In this document: positions 38,838-48,700 of the stretch, piece after piece
Layout: each line of letters opens with the position of its first letter
How positions within the stretch are numbered: the stretch's first letter is position 1
Source: an uncultured Bacteroidota bacterium
GTDB taxonomy: Bacteria; Bacteroidota; Bacteroidia; Bacteroidales; M50B96
DNA: 64,000 bases
Direction: 5' to 3'
Assembly: GCA_937954085.1 (NCBI GenBank)
Contig: CALGAK010000125.1
Location: 43,224 to 107,223, forward strand
The notes under the pieces: model-generated
Told to the model about the DNA's origin: nothing
Databases searched by the model: none
The model's input: only the letters and a program-made list of their open reading frames with translations
Translations under genes and position numbers: made by a program

Positions 38838-40763
38838 TTAGTCGTTACAATGTTGTTTCAATAAGGATTCGGCTTGTCGGAATCCGAGTTGCAAAGCTCG
38901 CTTAAAATCCGCACAGGCGCTACTATTATCCATCATTTGTAAGTAAGCGATTCCTCGATTCAAATAAACATGGCTGAAATCGGGTCGCAGGGCTAAACTC
39001 TTATTAAAATCCTGTATGGCCTGCGGATAATTTTGCACGTTTAAATAGATGACTCCACGATTCAGATAGGCTTCGGCTCCATATCCTTGATCGACCGCAT
39101 GGTTCAGATCCTGCAAAGCTGATTCAATGTTTTCTTGCTTAAAATATTGAATACCTCTTGATACATAAGCTTTTAAATATTCCGGACGTAACCCCAGAAA
39201 GTAGCTATAATCGGAAATAGCTCCATTCAAATCGTTTCTGGCGGCACGGGTCTCCGCACGATTAAACCAAGCTTGAGCAAAGCTGGAATCAGCAGCAATC
39301 GCTTCGCTTAGATAAAATTCCGATTCTTCTGTTTTTCCCATTTCCCGAAGTACAATCCCCAGGTTATTATAGGGAAATAAACTACTCGGATTAAGGGAGA
39401 TCGCTTCTTTGTAATCCTTTACTGCTAGGGCATATTGTTTCGTGTCGGCATAAGCTAATCCTCTATTATTGAGGGCAATTGACGATTGCGGATACTTGGT
39501 TGCCATATCGTCGAACAAACTTAGGCTCGATTCCCAAATTCCACTTCGCTGATGGGATTGAATGGCATAAAAAAGACCCAATACAACCATTATGGAAAGG
39601 CTAATACTACGCAGGTGTTTCTTGCGAGCCATTTGAACCAAATAATGCGATAAAGGAAACCATACACCCAAGGCAGGTAGGTAGAGGTAGCGGTCGGCAA
39701 TAATGAAATCGCGTAAGGGCATTACTTGTAGTACCAAAATAATGTTGGCCAAGAAAAAGTAAGTACCGAATATCCACCAGCGGAAACGACGGATTTCTTT
39801 GAAAAAGAAGTAAGCGAGTGCCACTATCGGTAAGATGCTCACATAAAGCAACACGGGAAAAGCTTCATGAGCTTCGTTCGGGTAGGGATAAAAAGCCGAT
39901 AAATGAATGGGTAATACCAGCTTGATTGCGTAGAGCAATAGGGAATAGGATGAGTATGCCAGTTGTTGCAGAAAATGAACCGATCGGCTATCCTGCAAGA
40001 ACTCTCCACTTCGGGTAGAATAAATGGTGATTAATCCCATTACAAGGGCAAGGAAAAAGAGGGGAATTTTTTCCCAATAGACTTTTTTGTCTTTAAAATC
40101 TCTGCGCAGTAAATAGTCTAATCCGAAGGTAGATAAGGCCAGGGTTACGGCTTGTTCTTTGGCCAAAAACGAAAGCGTAAAAAAGAGATAGAAGAGGAGC
40201 AGCGATCGTCGAGGTTGAATCTTGTTTACATAGCTAATGTACTGATCGATAGCTAGAAGGAAAAAGAAACTGAAATTCAGGACTTTCTGAGCCGAAATCC
40301 AGGAAATACTCTCTACTTGAACCGGATGAAGCATGAACATGCCTGCGGTAAGTAGTGCAACCCAATCGTTCTCCGACAAGCGACGAAAAATCCTGAAAAC
40401 CAATGCTGTATTTAACACGTGAAGAAGTAGGCTAACCCAATGGAAAACCGATGCCGACCCTTCGCCTAAGGCGTATTGACCGGCCATGATTATGGCGGTA
40501 ACCGGACTATACTGTCCTTGGTAAAATTCGCTAAACAAGCTTCCTATTCGATCGAAACTGAAATCGTTCACGTACGGATTATCGTAAACAAACCAATCAT
40601 CGTCCCATCGCACAAAACCATGCGACAAAGAGGACCAATACACAAAGAATCCAACCAGTGCAAAAAGCACGGCATATAGCACTAGCTGCTTGGTTGGTAG
40701 TGTCGTGGCAGTGGAGATGGGGCTTGTAGGTTGCTTATTTTTTTTCGAAGGTGTTTTTTTCAT
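38838..40763 (-). CDS. Polytopic membrane protein with a GT-C-like (PMT_2/TMTC-like) N-domain and C-terminal TPR repeats
   Basis: About 10 hydrophobic helices occupy residues 25-420. An acidic first loop (RWDDDWFVYDNPYV) follows TM1. About 6 TPR units occupy residues 425-641. Confidence 0.6.
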   Translation of the reverse strand: MKKTPSKKNKQPTSPISTATTLPTKQLVLYAVLFALVGFFVYWSSLSHGFVRWDDDWFVYDNPYVNDFSFDRIGSLFSEFYQGQYSPVTAIIMAGQYALGEGSASVFHWVSLLLHVLNTALVFRIFRRLSENDWVALLTAGMFMLHPVQVESISWISAQKVLNFSFFFLLAIDQYISYVNKIQPRRSLLLFYLFFTLSFLAKEQAVTLALSTFGLDYLLRRDFKDKKVYWEKIPLFFLALVMGLITIYSTRSGEFLQDSRSVHFLQQLAYSSYSLLLYAIKLVLPIHLSAFYPYPNEAHEAFPVLLYVSILPIVALAYFFFKEIRRFRWWIFGTYFFLANIILVLQVMPLRDFIIADRYLYLPALGVWFPLSHYLVQMARKKHLRSISLSIMVVLGLFYAIQSHQRSGIWESSLSLFDDMATKYPQSSIALNNRGLAYADTKQYALAVKDYKEAISLNPSSLFPYNNLGIVLREMGKTEESEFYLSEAIAADSSFAQAWFNRAETRAARNDLNGAISDYSYFLGLRPEYLKAYVSRGIQYFKQENIESALQDLNHAVDQGYGAEAYLNRGVIYLNVQNYPQAIQDFNKSLALRPDFSHVYLNRGIAYLQMMDNSSACADFKRALQLGFRQAESLLKQHCND

Positions 40764-41508
40764 GAGGCATTTCAGGTTTTAAATAATAACCGGTTTTCAA
40801 TCGCCAGGCAATCGAAATTAGATCACCTAGCATTCCTAAACCATGATACATCATACGAACCGTACTTAGTTCTTTGTTTCTCAACCGGACCGGTAATCCG
40901 ATGGAAACATATCCTTTTAAGGCCGCCAGACTTAAAATTTCTACATCGAAAGCAAAGCCGTCGATAGTACTTTGCCGGAAAAGCGTTTTTCCTACCGACG
41001 ATTTAAAAGCTTTTATGCCGCATTGGGTGTCGGGTAAGCCTTTCGTAAAGACTTTACTAACTAAGAAGTAAAACAGATGACTTCCCCATTTTCGGAGGGG
41101 AGAAATGGATGCAAAGTATTCCGATTGCGGATGAGTGCGATCGCCAACTACCAGGTCGTATTGCTTCTCGAAAATCAATTGATAAAATCTCGCAATGGTT
41201 TCGTATTCGAAAGGAATATCCACATCGGTAAATAAAACAACAGGAGCCTGAGCTGCAGCCATTCCTGTTCGAATAGCAGCTCCTTTTCCTTTATTCTCGC
41301 TTAAGAACAAGTACTTTACACCGAACTGTGTGCAAATATCCTGGGTTTTTCCTGCATCGTTCGATCCATCGTCGATAACGATAATTTCAAAATCGGTAAA
41401 CCGATGTTGCATAAACTGGAGCAGACCTCCTAGTTGCTTCGCTAAAATATCGGCTCCACGATAGGAAGGAAGCAAGATGCTTATTGCCGGTTTTTCCGTT
41501 TCCATCAT
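40735..41508 (-). CDS. GT2 glycosyltransferase, polyprenyl-phosphate hexosyltransferase-like (Alg5/Dpm1/GtrB-type)
   Basis: Diagnostic segments are ISILLPSYRG, FEIIVIDDGSNDAG, NKGKGAAIRTG and FTDVDIPF. The tracked ORF begins at a TTG at 41535, and ATGs lie at 41508 and 41505. The stop lies 29 nt inside the downstream gene. Confidence 0.75.
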   Translation of the reverse strand: MMETEKPAISILLPSYRGADILAKQLGGLLQFMQHRFTDFEIIVIDDGSNDAGKTQDICTQFGVKYLFLSENKGKGAAIRTGMAAAQAPVVLFTDVDIPFEYETIARFYQLIFEKQYDLVVGDRTHPQSEYFASISPLRKWGSHLFYFLVSKVFTKGLPDTQCGIKAFKSSVGKTLFRQSTIDGFAFDVEILSLAALKGYVSIGLPVRLRNKELSTVRMMYHGLGMLGDLISIAWRLKTGYYLKPEMPHEKNTFEKK

Positions 41509-41676
41509 AGCACGAAAGTATAAATTACATCGCAAAGCTTTTCGCTAGATGCTTAATTGAACGCTTAAATCGTATTATCTTTTTTCAAGCTTGAAATTTC
41601 ACTTGTTTTGTGCCTACTTTTAAAGGTTTATTTATCATGATTCTGTTTCGGACTAGCGTCCACCATACCCGCTGTT

Positions 41677-42990
41677 ATGAGCCAAGTAAGGGATAAATTT
41701 TACTATGCAAAAAAAGAAGGATGGGTTTCTCTTTGGGCGAACCTTTTTCTCTTTATCATTAAGTTTTATGCGGGTATTGTTTCCGGCTCCGTGGCCTTGA
41801 TTGCTGATGCCTGGCATACCCTTTCCGATTCGCTTTCATCTTTAGTAGTGCTTGTAGGTGCCAAAATCTCCCAAAAACCTGCCGACCATGACCATCCATT
41901 CGGACATGGCAGGGCCGAATCGGTGGCCTCTATCATTATTGGCGTTTTACTCGTATTGGTGGGGGTTAATTTTGCAGTGGAAGGGGTACAACGACTAATG
42001 GATCGACAAGATGCCAACTACGGAACCATTGCCATTGTTGTTACTATTATCTCGCTCGTTGTTAAAGAATTACTTGCACAATATGCCATACGCCTGGGCA
42101 AGCGTTTTAAACTGTATTCCCTCATTTCCGATGGTTGGCATCATCGGTCCGATTCCATTTCCAGTTTCGTTATTCTAGTGGGTATTTTTCTGGGTTCCTA
42201 TTGGTGGTGGATCGATGGGGTGCTTGGCTTTTTAGTAGGCCTCATGATCGTTTATACCGGTGTAGTCATTATTCGAAATACCATTCAACCCTTGCTCGGC
42301 GAGCATCCTAGCGAGGATTTAGTCCAATCGATTACGGCACTTGCTAATCAAATTTCCGAACACAACCTACACCCTCACCATTTTCATATCCACAAGTATG
42401 GCGAACACAGCGAAGTAACCTTCCATATCCGTTTGCCCGGGGAAATGATTTTGAGTAAGGCTCATCAGATTACTTACGATTTTCGAAATATTTTACGAGA
42501 AAAATTAGGCATGGAAGCGACCATTTATCTTGAACCGGAACTACCCGACTTGGAAAAGGGAAATATTATACGCTTTTCGGGAAACGATGAAAAACTTTTA
42601 CATCGCGCTATCGAAATACGAAAGAAAGTATTTGTGGAAGAACAAGGAGTCGACGAACAACTCGAAGTGGATGGGAAAGACAAAAACTGCATTCATTACT
42701 TGGTTCACAGTAAAGGAAATTACTATGCTACTGCTCGATACAGACAAACAACCGATGGAATCAAGTTAGAGCGGTTTGCGGTAATGAAGCCTTTTAGGAA
42801 TAAAAAAGTAGGAGAGGTCTTACTGCGGTTTATTCTCGACGAGTTAAGTCATCAAAACCAAAAGGTGTACCTCCATGCTCAGGACCGTGCTGTCAATTTT
42901 TATTTGCGGGCCGGCTTTGAAATTAGGGGTGATGAGTTCGAAGAGGCTGGAATCAAGCATTTCAAAATGATTTATCCGGTTAAACAATAA
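41677..42990 (+). CDS. Cation diffusion facilitator (CDF) transporter fused to a C-terminal GNAT acetyltransferase domain
   Basis: CDF motifs are SGSVALIADAWHTLSDS and DGWHHRSDSISS, followed by a ZT_dimer-like region. The GNAT part runs from about 42553 and includes EEQGV, FRNKKVGEVLL and NFYLRAGFE. Confidence 0.8.
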   Translation: MSQVRDKFYYAKKEGWVSLWANLFLFIIKFYAGIVSGSVALIADAWHTLSDSLSSLVVLVGAKISQKPADHDHPFGHGRAESVASIIIGVLLVLVGVNFAVEGVQRLMDRQDANYGTIAIVVTIISLVVKELLAQYAIRLGKRFKLYSLISDGWHHRSDSISSFVILVGIFLGSYWWWIDGVLGFLVGLMIVYTGVVIIRNTIQPLLGEHPSEDLVQSITALANQISEHNLHPHHFHIHKYGEHSEVTFHIRLPGEMILSKAHQITYDFRNILREKLGMEATIYLEPELPDLEKGNIIRFSGNDEKLLHRAIEIRKKVFVEEQGVDEQLEVDGKDKNCIHYLVHSKGNYYATARYRQTTDGIKLERFAVMKPFRNKKVGEVLLRFILDELSHQNQKVYLHAQDRAVNFYLRAGFEIRGDEFEEAGIKHFKMIYPVKQ

Positions 42991-42993
42991 TCC

Positions 42994-44493
42994 ATGGGTG
43001 CTATAAAAAAACTTGCCGGTCAAACCCTTGTTTACGGAATGGGCACCATCGCTCCCCGGTTGCTCAATTACCTGCTGCTAACTCCTTTTTATACCGAAAT
43101 TTTTGAGAAGAATGAGTATGGTGTAGTAACCGAATTGTATGCCTATGTAGCTTTCTTGCTGGTGATTCTTACCTATGGAATGGAAACAACTTTTTTCCGT
43201 TTTATCGAAAAAGAAGCCAAAAAATCAACCGTTTTCAGTACGATTTCTTTTTCACTGCTGGCTACTTCAACGCTGTTCCTGGTAGTGGTTTTTGCCTTTA
43301 CCCAACCCATCGCCGATGCTATTCGCTATGAATACAATCCAGAATACATTCAAATGCTGGGAATCATCTTGGCACTCGATGCATTTATGGCTATTCCCTT
43401 TGCACGTTTGCGATATGAAAATAAAGCGGTTCGTTTTTCTTTGCTTAAAATCACCAATATCCTTATCAATATTGGTTTCAACTTGCTCTTTTTTGTTGGT
43501 TTTCCCCTTCTTTCGAAAACCGATCCTACACATTGGGCTTTGCAATTCTATAACCCCGAGGTAGGGGTTGGCTATGCCTTTGTGGCAAATTTAATTGCCA
43601 CTGCCGTTACCACGATTTTATTACTTCCTGAAATCCTTAAGATTAAGTGGGAATTCGATTGGAGTATGTATCGATCGATGCTTCGATACGCCTGGCCTTT
43701 AGTCATTTTAGGTGTTGCCGGAATGATCAACGAAGTGAGCGATAAACTGATTTTCAAATTCTTGATGCCTGTTCCCGATGGCATTGAAAACCCCGACGAT
43801 TATTTGTTAAGCCTCATTGGGGTATATGGCGCAAATACCAAGTTAGCCGTGCTCATGATGCTCTTTATTCAAATGTTCAAATTCGCGGCTGAACCTTTCT
43901 TTTTTAGTCAGGCTAAGGAGAAAAATTCGAAAGAAACCTATGCCTTAGTCATGAAATATTTCGTGGCCTTTGGTCTCTTCATTTTCTTAGGAGTTATGCT
44001 TTATCTCGATGTGGTTAAGCATTTTATCAACGAACGCTACCACGATGGCTTATTCGTGGTTCCGGTCATTTTGATGGGGAACTTATTCCTTGGAATCTTC
44101 TATAACCTCTCGGTATGGTATAAGCTGAACGATCTTACTCGTTACGGAGCCTTAATTGCAGTGGTCGGTTCGCTTATTACCTTGCTCATTAATGTGATTT
44201 TTGTTCCCCTCTATGGTTATGCAGCCGCTGCTTGGGCGCATTTTTTCTGCTACTTTTTCATGATGCTCATTTCTTATTTTTGGGGAAGAAAATATTTTCC
44301 GATTGCCTATCCGATACGATCCATTTTGGGATTCTTTGGATTGGCACTCCTGCTCTTTTATGCACATCGCGAAATGCCCGATTCTTGGCCAACCCTTGCC
44401 AAATATACCTTCCGAACCTTGCTCGTGCTGGTTTTCGTGTCGGGCGTTTATCTCTCCGAATTATGGAGCCGAAAGAATAAAACGATTCATTAG
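42994..44493 (+). CDS. MOP-superfamily polysaccharide/oligosaccharide flippase (Wzx-like)
   Basis: It has about 14 predicted TM helices. The N-terminus is KKLAGQTLVYGMGTIAPRLLNYLL. Confidence 0.75.
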   Translation: MGAIKKLAGQTLVYGMGTIAPRLLNYLLLTPFYTEIFEKNEYGVVTELYAYVAFLLVILTYGMETTFFRFIEKEAKKSTVFSTISFSLLATSTLFLVVVFAFTQPIADAIRYEYNPEYIQMLGIILALDAFMAIPFARLRYENKAVRFSLLKITNILINIGFNLLFFVGFPLLSKTDPTHWALQFYNPEVGVGYAFVANLIATAVTTILLLPEILKIKWEFDWSMYRSMLRYAWPLVILGVAGMINEVSDKLIFKFLMPVPDGIENPDDYLLSLIGVYGANTKLAVLMMLFIQMFKFAAEPFFFSQAKEKNSKETYALVMKYFVAFGLFIFLGVMLYLDVVKHFINERYHDGLFVVPVILMGNLFLGIFYNLSVWYKLNDLTRYGALIAVVGSLITLLINVIFVPLYGYAAAAWAHFFCYFFMMLISYFWGRKYFPIAYPIRSILGFFGLALLLFYAHREMPDSWPTLAKYTFRTLLVLVFVSGVYLSELWSRKNKTIH

Positions 44494-44521
44494 TCAGTTT
44501 GTAACTATTTAACGCTATCCT

Positions 44522-44968
44522 ATGAATGAAATAATACCTATCAAAATCGTCAACCATTCGAAACATCCTTTACCTCAGTATAGTACATCCCAGAGTGCAG
44601 GGATGGATCTGAGAGCCAATCTTTCGGAAAGCATTTCCTTAAATCCTTTGCAGCGTGTGCTGGTCCCAACCGGATTGTTTATTCAATTGCCAACCGGATT
44701 CGAAGCTCAAGTTCGACCACGAAGCGGGCTCGCTTTGAAAAAGGGAATTACGGTGCTCAATTCTCCAGGGACCATCGATTCCGATTACCGGGGCGAAATT
44801 GGCGTAATCCTCATTAACCTTAGCTCCGAGGTCTTTGTTATCGAAAACGGCGAGCGAATTGCCCAATTAATAATCAGCAAGCACGAAACCATTGCATGGA
44901 AACCAGTCGAGGTCCTCGACGAAACCGAACGCTCTTCTGGTGGATTTGGTCATACAGGTGTAAACTAA
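44522..44968 (+). CDS. dut: dUTP diphosphatase
   Basis: Diagnostic segments are [32 protein letters not shown] and [10 protein letters not shown]. Confidence 0.95.
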   Translation: MNEIIPIKIVNHSKHPLPQYSTSQSAGMDLRANLSESISLNPLQRVLVPTGLFIQLPTGFEAQVRPRSGLALKKGITVLNSPGTIDSDYRGEIGVILINLSSEVFVIENGERIAQLIISKHETIAWKPVEVLDETERSSGGFGHTGVN

Positions 44969-45019
44969 TCCATCAATTGACTTAGCTTTGCTTGCTTTTA
45001 CCTAAAAGGTTCAAATCCT

Positions 45020-46762
45020 ATGATAAACACTAGCTTAAAACGGATGGCTTTTGCCGGATTCCTCTTGAGCTTCATCCTCTTGCAGGCTTGTAAATCGACT
45101 CAAAATCAGCCGATACAAACGGTCGACCAGCGTCAATTGCAAAAGAATGAGATGGAGTATCTCCATTATTTCATGGAAGGGCATCGGCTTAAAACCCTTG
45201 GTTATCTGGCAGAAGCACTCGCAGTATATCAAAAATGCCTCGGGATGAAACCCGACAATGCCACTCTGCACTACGAAATAGCTACCGTGTACTTATTCAA
45301 CAATCAACCTAGCGATGCTTTTTATTACGCCAAGCGTGCTGCTGAAATCGAACCGGCTAATCCCTGGATGCAATTGCTCTACGCTAGCATGCTCATTCAG
45401 AAAGAAGATTGGAAAGAAGCTCAAAAAGTGTATGAAAATTTAGTAGAAAATACCGATAAGCTAGAATATAAATTGGATCTAGCGGAGCTTTACAGCCTCG
45501 ATGCCAAATCGGGTAAAAAAGCCATCGCCCTGTTCACCGAAATTGAAAAGGAAGTAGGAGTCAACGAGTACCTGAGCCTGAATAAGCATAAACTCTTTAA
45601 AACGGAGGGAAAGCAACAAGATGCACTCGATGAACTGAAAAAACTCGCTTTTACCTATCCAGGGGAACTCAAGTTCAGCCTCATGTATGTCGAGGAACTC
45701 GTCAGGATGAATCAAATGAAGGAGGCCGAAAACTGGTATCAACAAAGCCTTACTGTTCATCCCAATCAAGGCATTTTATCGCTCTCCTATGCCAGCTTTC
45801 TTATGCTCAATAAACAGCCCGATAAAGCGATTCCGTTTTACAAAACAGCACTCGAAACCCCCGACCTCGACTACGAACTTAAAAAAGAAGCACTTGCCTT
45901 GCTTTTTGAATATTATTACCAACCCGATAACCAGGAAACCATGATCGAACTGGTCGAAGGGGTGAATCAACTACATCCGGAAGAGTCGGAAGATAAAATC
46001 ATTCGTGCCCTGATTTACATGAATCAGCAAGAATGGGAAAAAGCACATGAATTGGTCCGGGCCCAAATCAATAAAGCCAAAGTAAGCCAGGAACTGATGA
46101 ATTTGGCTCTCCAAATAAGTCTCAATTCCGGCGATAATGAACGGCTCTATCAGGATACCAAAACCGCTTTGGATCTTTTCCCGCTCTATGCCAATTATTA
46201 TGTCCTCCACGGTCAAGCTTGCCTTTTTACGAAACGCTATCAGGAGGGAATAAAATCGCTCGAATCCGGATTGAACTTCGCTATTGGCGATACCTTACTC
46301 CTTTCCGATATGTATAATTTTCTGGGGGAACACTATAATCGCATGGAAAACCATGCTGCTTCCGACGAAGCTTTCGAGAAAAGCATCCGCTTTAACCCCG
46401 ATAATCCTTTTACTCTCAATAACTACAGTTACTATTTAGCCTTGCGAAAAGTAAAGCTTGAGCATGCACTGGAATTATCGGCTAAAAGTCTTGAAATGGA
46501 ACCCAATCGGGTCGCCTTTTTACATACCTACGGATGGATTAATTATTTGCTGGGAAATTATCCAACCGCAAAGGAATACCTGGAGCGAGCCATTGAATTG
46601 AGCTCCGAGGAGAAAGCCCTTTTCAGGGAACATTTGGGCGATATCCATTGTAAGCTTGGTAACCTCGAAAAGGCTACCATGAATTGGGAAAAGGCCGCTG
46701 CGCTCGGAAGTGAATCCGAAACCTTGAATCAAAAAATGAAGGATAAAACATGCTTGGATTAA
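45020..46762 (+). CDS. TPR-repeat lipoprotein
   Basis: The lipobox is LLQAC, and TPR-like repeats run throughout. Confidence 0.75.
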   Translation: MINTSLKRMAFAGFLLSFILLQACKSTQNQPIQTVDQRQLQKNEMEYLHYFMEGHRLKTLGYLAEALAVYQKCLGMKPDNATLHYEIATVYLFNNQPSDAFYYAKRAAEIEPANPWMQLLYASMLIQKEDWKEAQKVYENLVENTDKLEYKLDLAELYSLDAKSGKKAIALFTEIEKEVGVNEYLSLNKHKLFKTEGKQQDALDELKKLAFTYPGELKFSLMYVEELVRMNQMKEAENWYQQSLTVHPNQGILSLSYASFLMLNKQPDKAIPFYKTALETPDLDYELKKEALALLFEYYYQPDNQETMIELVEGVNQLHPEESEDKIIRALIYMNQQEWEKAHELVRAQINKAKVSQELMNLALQISLNSGDNERLYQDTKTALDLFPLYANYYVLHGQACLFTKRYQEGIKSLESGLNFAIGDTLLLSDMYNFLGEHYNRMENHAASDEAFEKSIRFNPDNPFTLNNYSYYLALRKVKLEHALELSAKSLEMEPNRVAFLHTYGWINYLLGNYPTAKEYLERAIELSSEEKALFREHLGDIHCKLGNLEKATMNWEKAAALGSESETLNQKMKDKTCLD

Positions 46763-47502
46763 AAATAAGAAAACGGGTATTTAATTGGCTATTAATCTGG
46801 GTTTTAGTACTAGCTCTACCTGCTTGTTCCCTTTTTAGACCCTCAGGCAAACAGATTCACGATAAACCCATGGCCATCGATCAAACTCCCATCGAAACCC
46901 TCGAAGCCCGACTCCGTTTGCAAAGCGAAACAATGAGTAATATCAACGAGATGAAGGCTTTGCTGCGAATTCAAAAAGACAGTATCATCTGGTTAAATTT
47001 GAATCTCAATAGTGGCGTATTGGTCGCCAAGGCTGCCTTGTATCCCGATAGCTTTGTAATTTATAACCGTATCCAACAAGAAACCATCCGGGGTAATTAT
47101 TCCAATTTATACGAGATTTATGGTTGGCAAATCGATTTCCCAATGCTGCAAGCTATCCTCCTGAATCAATTGCTGCCCGGTAAAGAAAAATCTAAATCCA
47201 ACCCCGATCCCTACACTGGAATCGAAACCATAACCCGCGAGGCCAAAGGTGCTTTGCCGCTCAGTGCTACACACCTTATTCAGCAACCCCTTATGAATTT
47301 GCTTACCTCGCAATTTATTACTCCGGAAGCAATCTGGATTATCGATTATACGAACTTCGAAAAGCACCAATCCTATCAGTTTCCCAGTCAAACCGACCTG
47401 GAAATCAGAAAAAAAACAGAGGTCGTTCAAATTCGAATCCACTGCGATAAACTCCGTTTCAACGATCAGTTGAGTTTTCCCTTTAATCTTCCCAAAAACT
47501 AA
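46750..47502 (+). CDS. Lipoprotein of unknown function (possibly DUF4292/LolB-like)
   Basis: The lipobox is ALPAC and the start overlaps the upstream stop by 13 nt. The DUF assignment rests on remembered synteny (TPR - DUF4292 - M23) and is unverified. Confidence 0.45.
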   Translation: MLGLKIRKRVFNWLLIWVLVLALPACSLFRPSGKQIHDKPMAIDQTPIETLEARLRLQSETMSNINEMKALLRIQKDSIIWLNLNLNSGVLVAKAALYPDSFVIYNRIQQETIRGNYSNLYEIYGWQIDFPMLQAILLNQLLPGKEKSKSNPDPYTGIETITREAKGALPLSATHLIQQPLMNLLTSQFITPEAIWIIDYTNFEKHQSYQFPSQTDLEIRKKTEVVQIRIHCDKLRFNDQLSFPFNLPKN

Positions 47503-47507
47503 ATCCA

Positions 47508-48698
47508 ATGAGCAAACGGTTTTTACTTGGTTTATTGTTGAGCTTTGGGGTATTAATCCTCCATGCGCAAGACCTCGATCAACTGAAAAAAGATCGAGTT
47601 AAAACCTTGCAAGATATCGAGTACACCAATAAATTATTAGCCGAAACAGGCTCCGAAAAAAAAGCTAGTCTCAACCAATTGAGCCTGCTCCGAAAAAAAA
47701 TTAAACAACAAGAAAAACTAATCCAGTCTATTCAACAAGAAATAAGCATATTAGAAGAAGATACCCGTAACAAAGAGGCACAAATTCAAACCTTGCGCGA
47801 CGAAACGAAACAGCTAAAGGAGGAATACGCTCAAATAATTCGAAGCATGTATAAAAACAAACACGATTACGATACTTGGTTGTTCGTGTTTAGTGCGGGC
47901 GACTTCAATCAAGCATACAAGCGACTCAAATACCTGGAACAGTACTCTGAATATCGGAAGCGTCAGGTTCAATTAATCGAAGTAAAAGATTCGCTCATAC
48001 AACTCGAAATCGATTCCTTACTCACCATTCGAATCCAAAAAGAAGCGAGTTTACGCGAATTGAACGAGGAAAAAATCCAATTAGATAGTAACCGAAAACA
48101 AGTTAATAAAGTAGTAAGTTCACTCAAAACCAGAGAGAAAGAGCTTAAAAAAGAATTAAAACGAAAAGAGGTTGCTGCAGAACAAATTCGGAATACCATC
48201 GAGAAAATTTTAGCTGCCGAAAGAGAAAAGGCCAAAAAAGCCAAAATGGCTTTCGCCTTAACCCCGGAAGAACAGCTGCTGAGCGACGATTTCAGCAATA
48301 ATCGGGGCAATTTCCCCTGGCCCACCGAAAAAGGAATCATCACCGCTCCTTATGGGGAACAACCGCATCCGGTCCTGCGTGGTATCAAAATTAACAATAC
48401 CGGTGTCGATATCAGTACCGAAGCAGGTAGCGCTGTTCGAAGCATCTTTGCCGGCGAAGTGCGCGATGTGTGGAGTATTAAAGGAAAGAATATGGCCATC
48501 ATCATTAAACATGGTGAGTTTTTTACTGTTTATCAGAATCTGGTCGATGTAAAGGTGAAAACCGGCGACAAAGTAAATACGAAACAAGTGATAGGAAGGG
48601 TTTATACCGACGAAAAGGAAGAAGATAGCGCTGTAATTCACCTTGAAATTTGGCGCGGGAGTAGTCGGGAAAATCCCGAATTATGGTTGGCACGATAA
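47508..48698 (+). CDS. EnvC-like murein hydrolase activator / M23 peptidase with an N-terminal coiled coil
   Basis: A signal peptide is followed by about 230 aa of coiled coil. The LytM/M23 domain includes INNTGVDIS, IIKHGEFFTVYQNL and IHLEIW. Confidence 0.8.
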   Translation: MSKRFLLGLLLSFGVLILHAQDLDQLKKDRVKTLQDIEYTNKLLAETGSEKKASLNQLSLLRKKIKQQEKLIQSIQQEISILEEDTRNKEAQIQTLRDETKQLKEEYAQIIRSMYKNKHDYDTWLFVFSAGDFNQAYKRLKYLEQYSEYRKRQVQLIEVKDSLIQLEIDSLLTIRIQKEASLRELNEEKIQLDSNRKQVNKVVSSLKTREKELKKELKRKEVAAEQIRNTIEKILAAEREKAKKAKMAFALTPEEQLLSDDFSNNRGNFPWPTEKGIITAPYGEQPHPVLRGIKINNTGVDISTEAGSAVRSIFAGEVRDVWSIKGKNMAIIIKHGEFFTVYQNLVDVKVKTGDKVNTKQVIGRVYTDEKEEDSAVIHLEIWRGSSRENPELWLAR

Positions 48699-48700
48699 AT

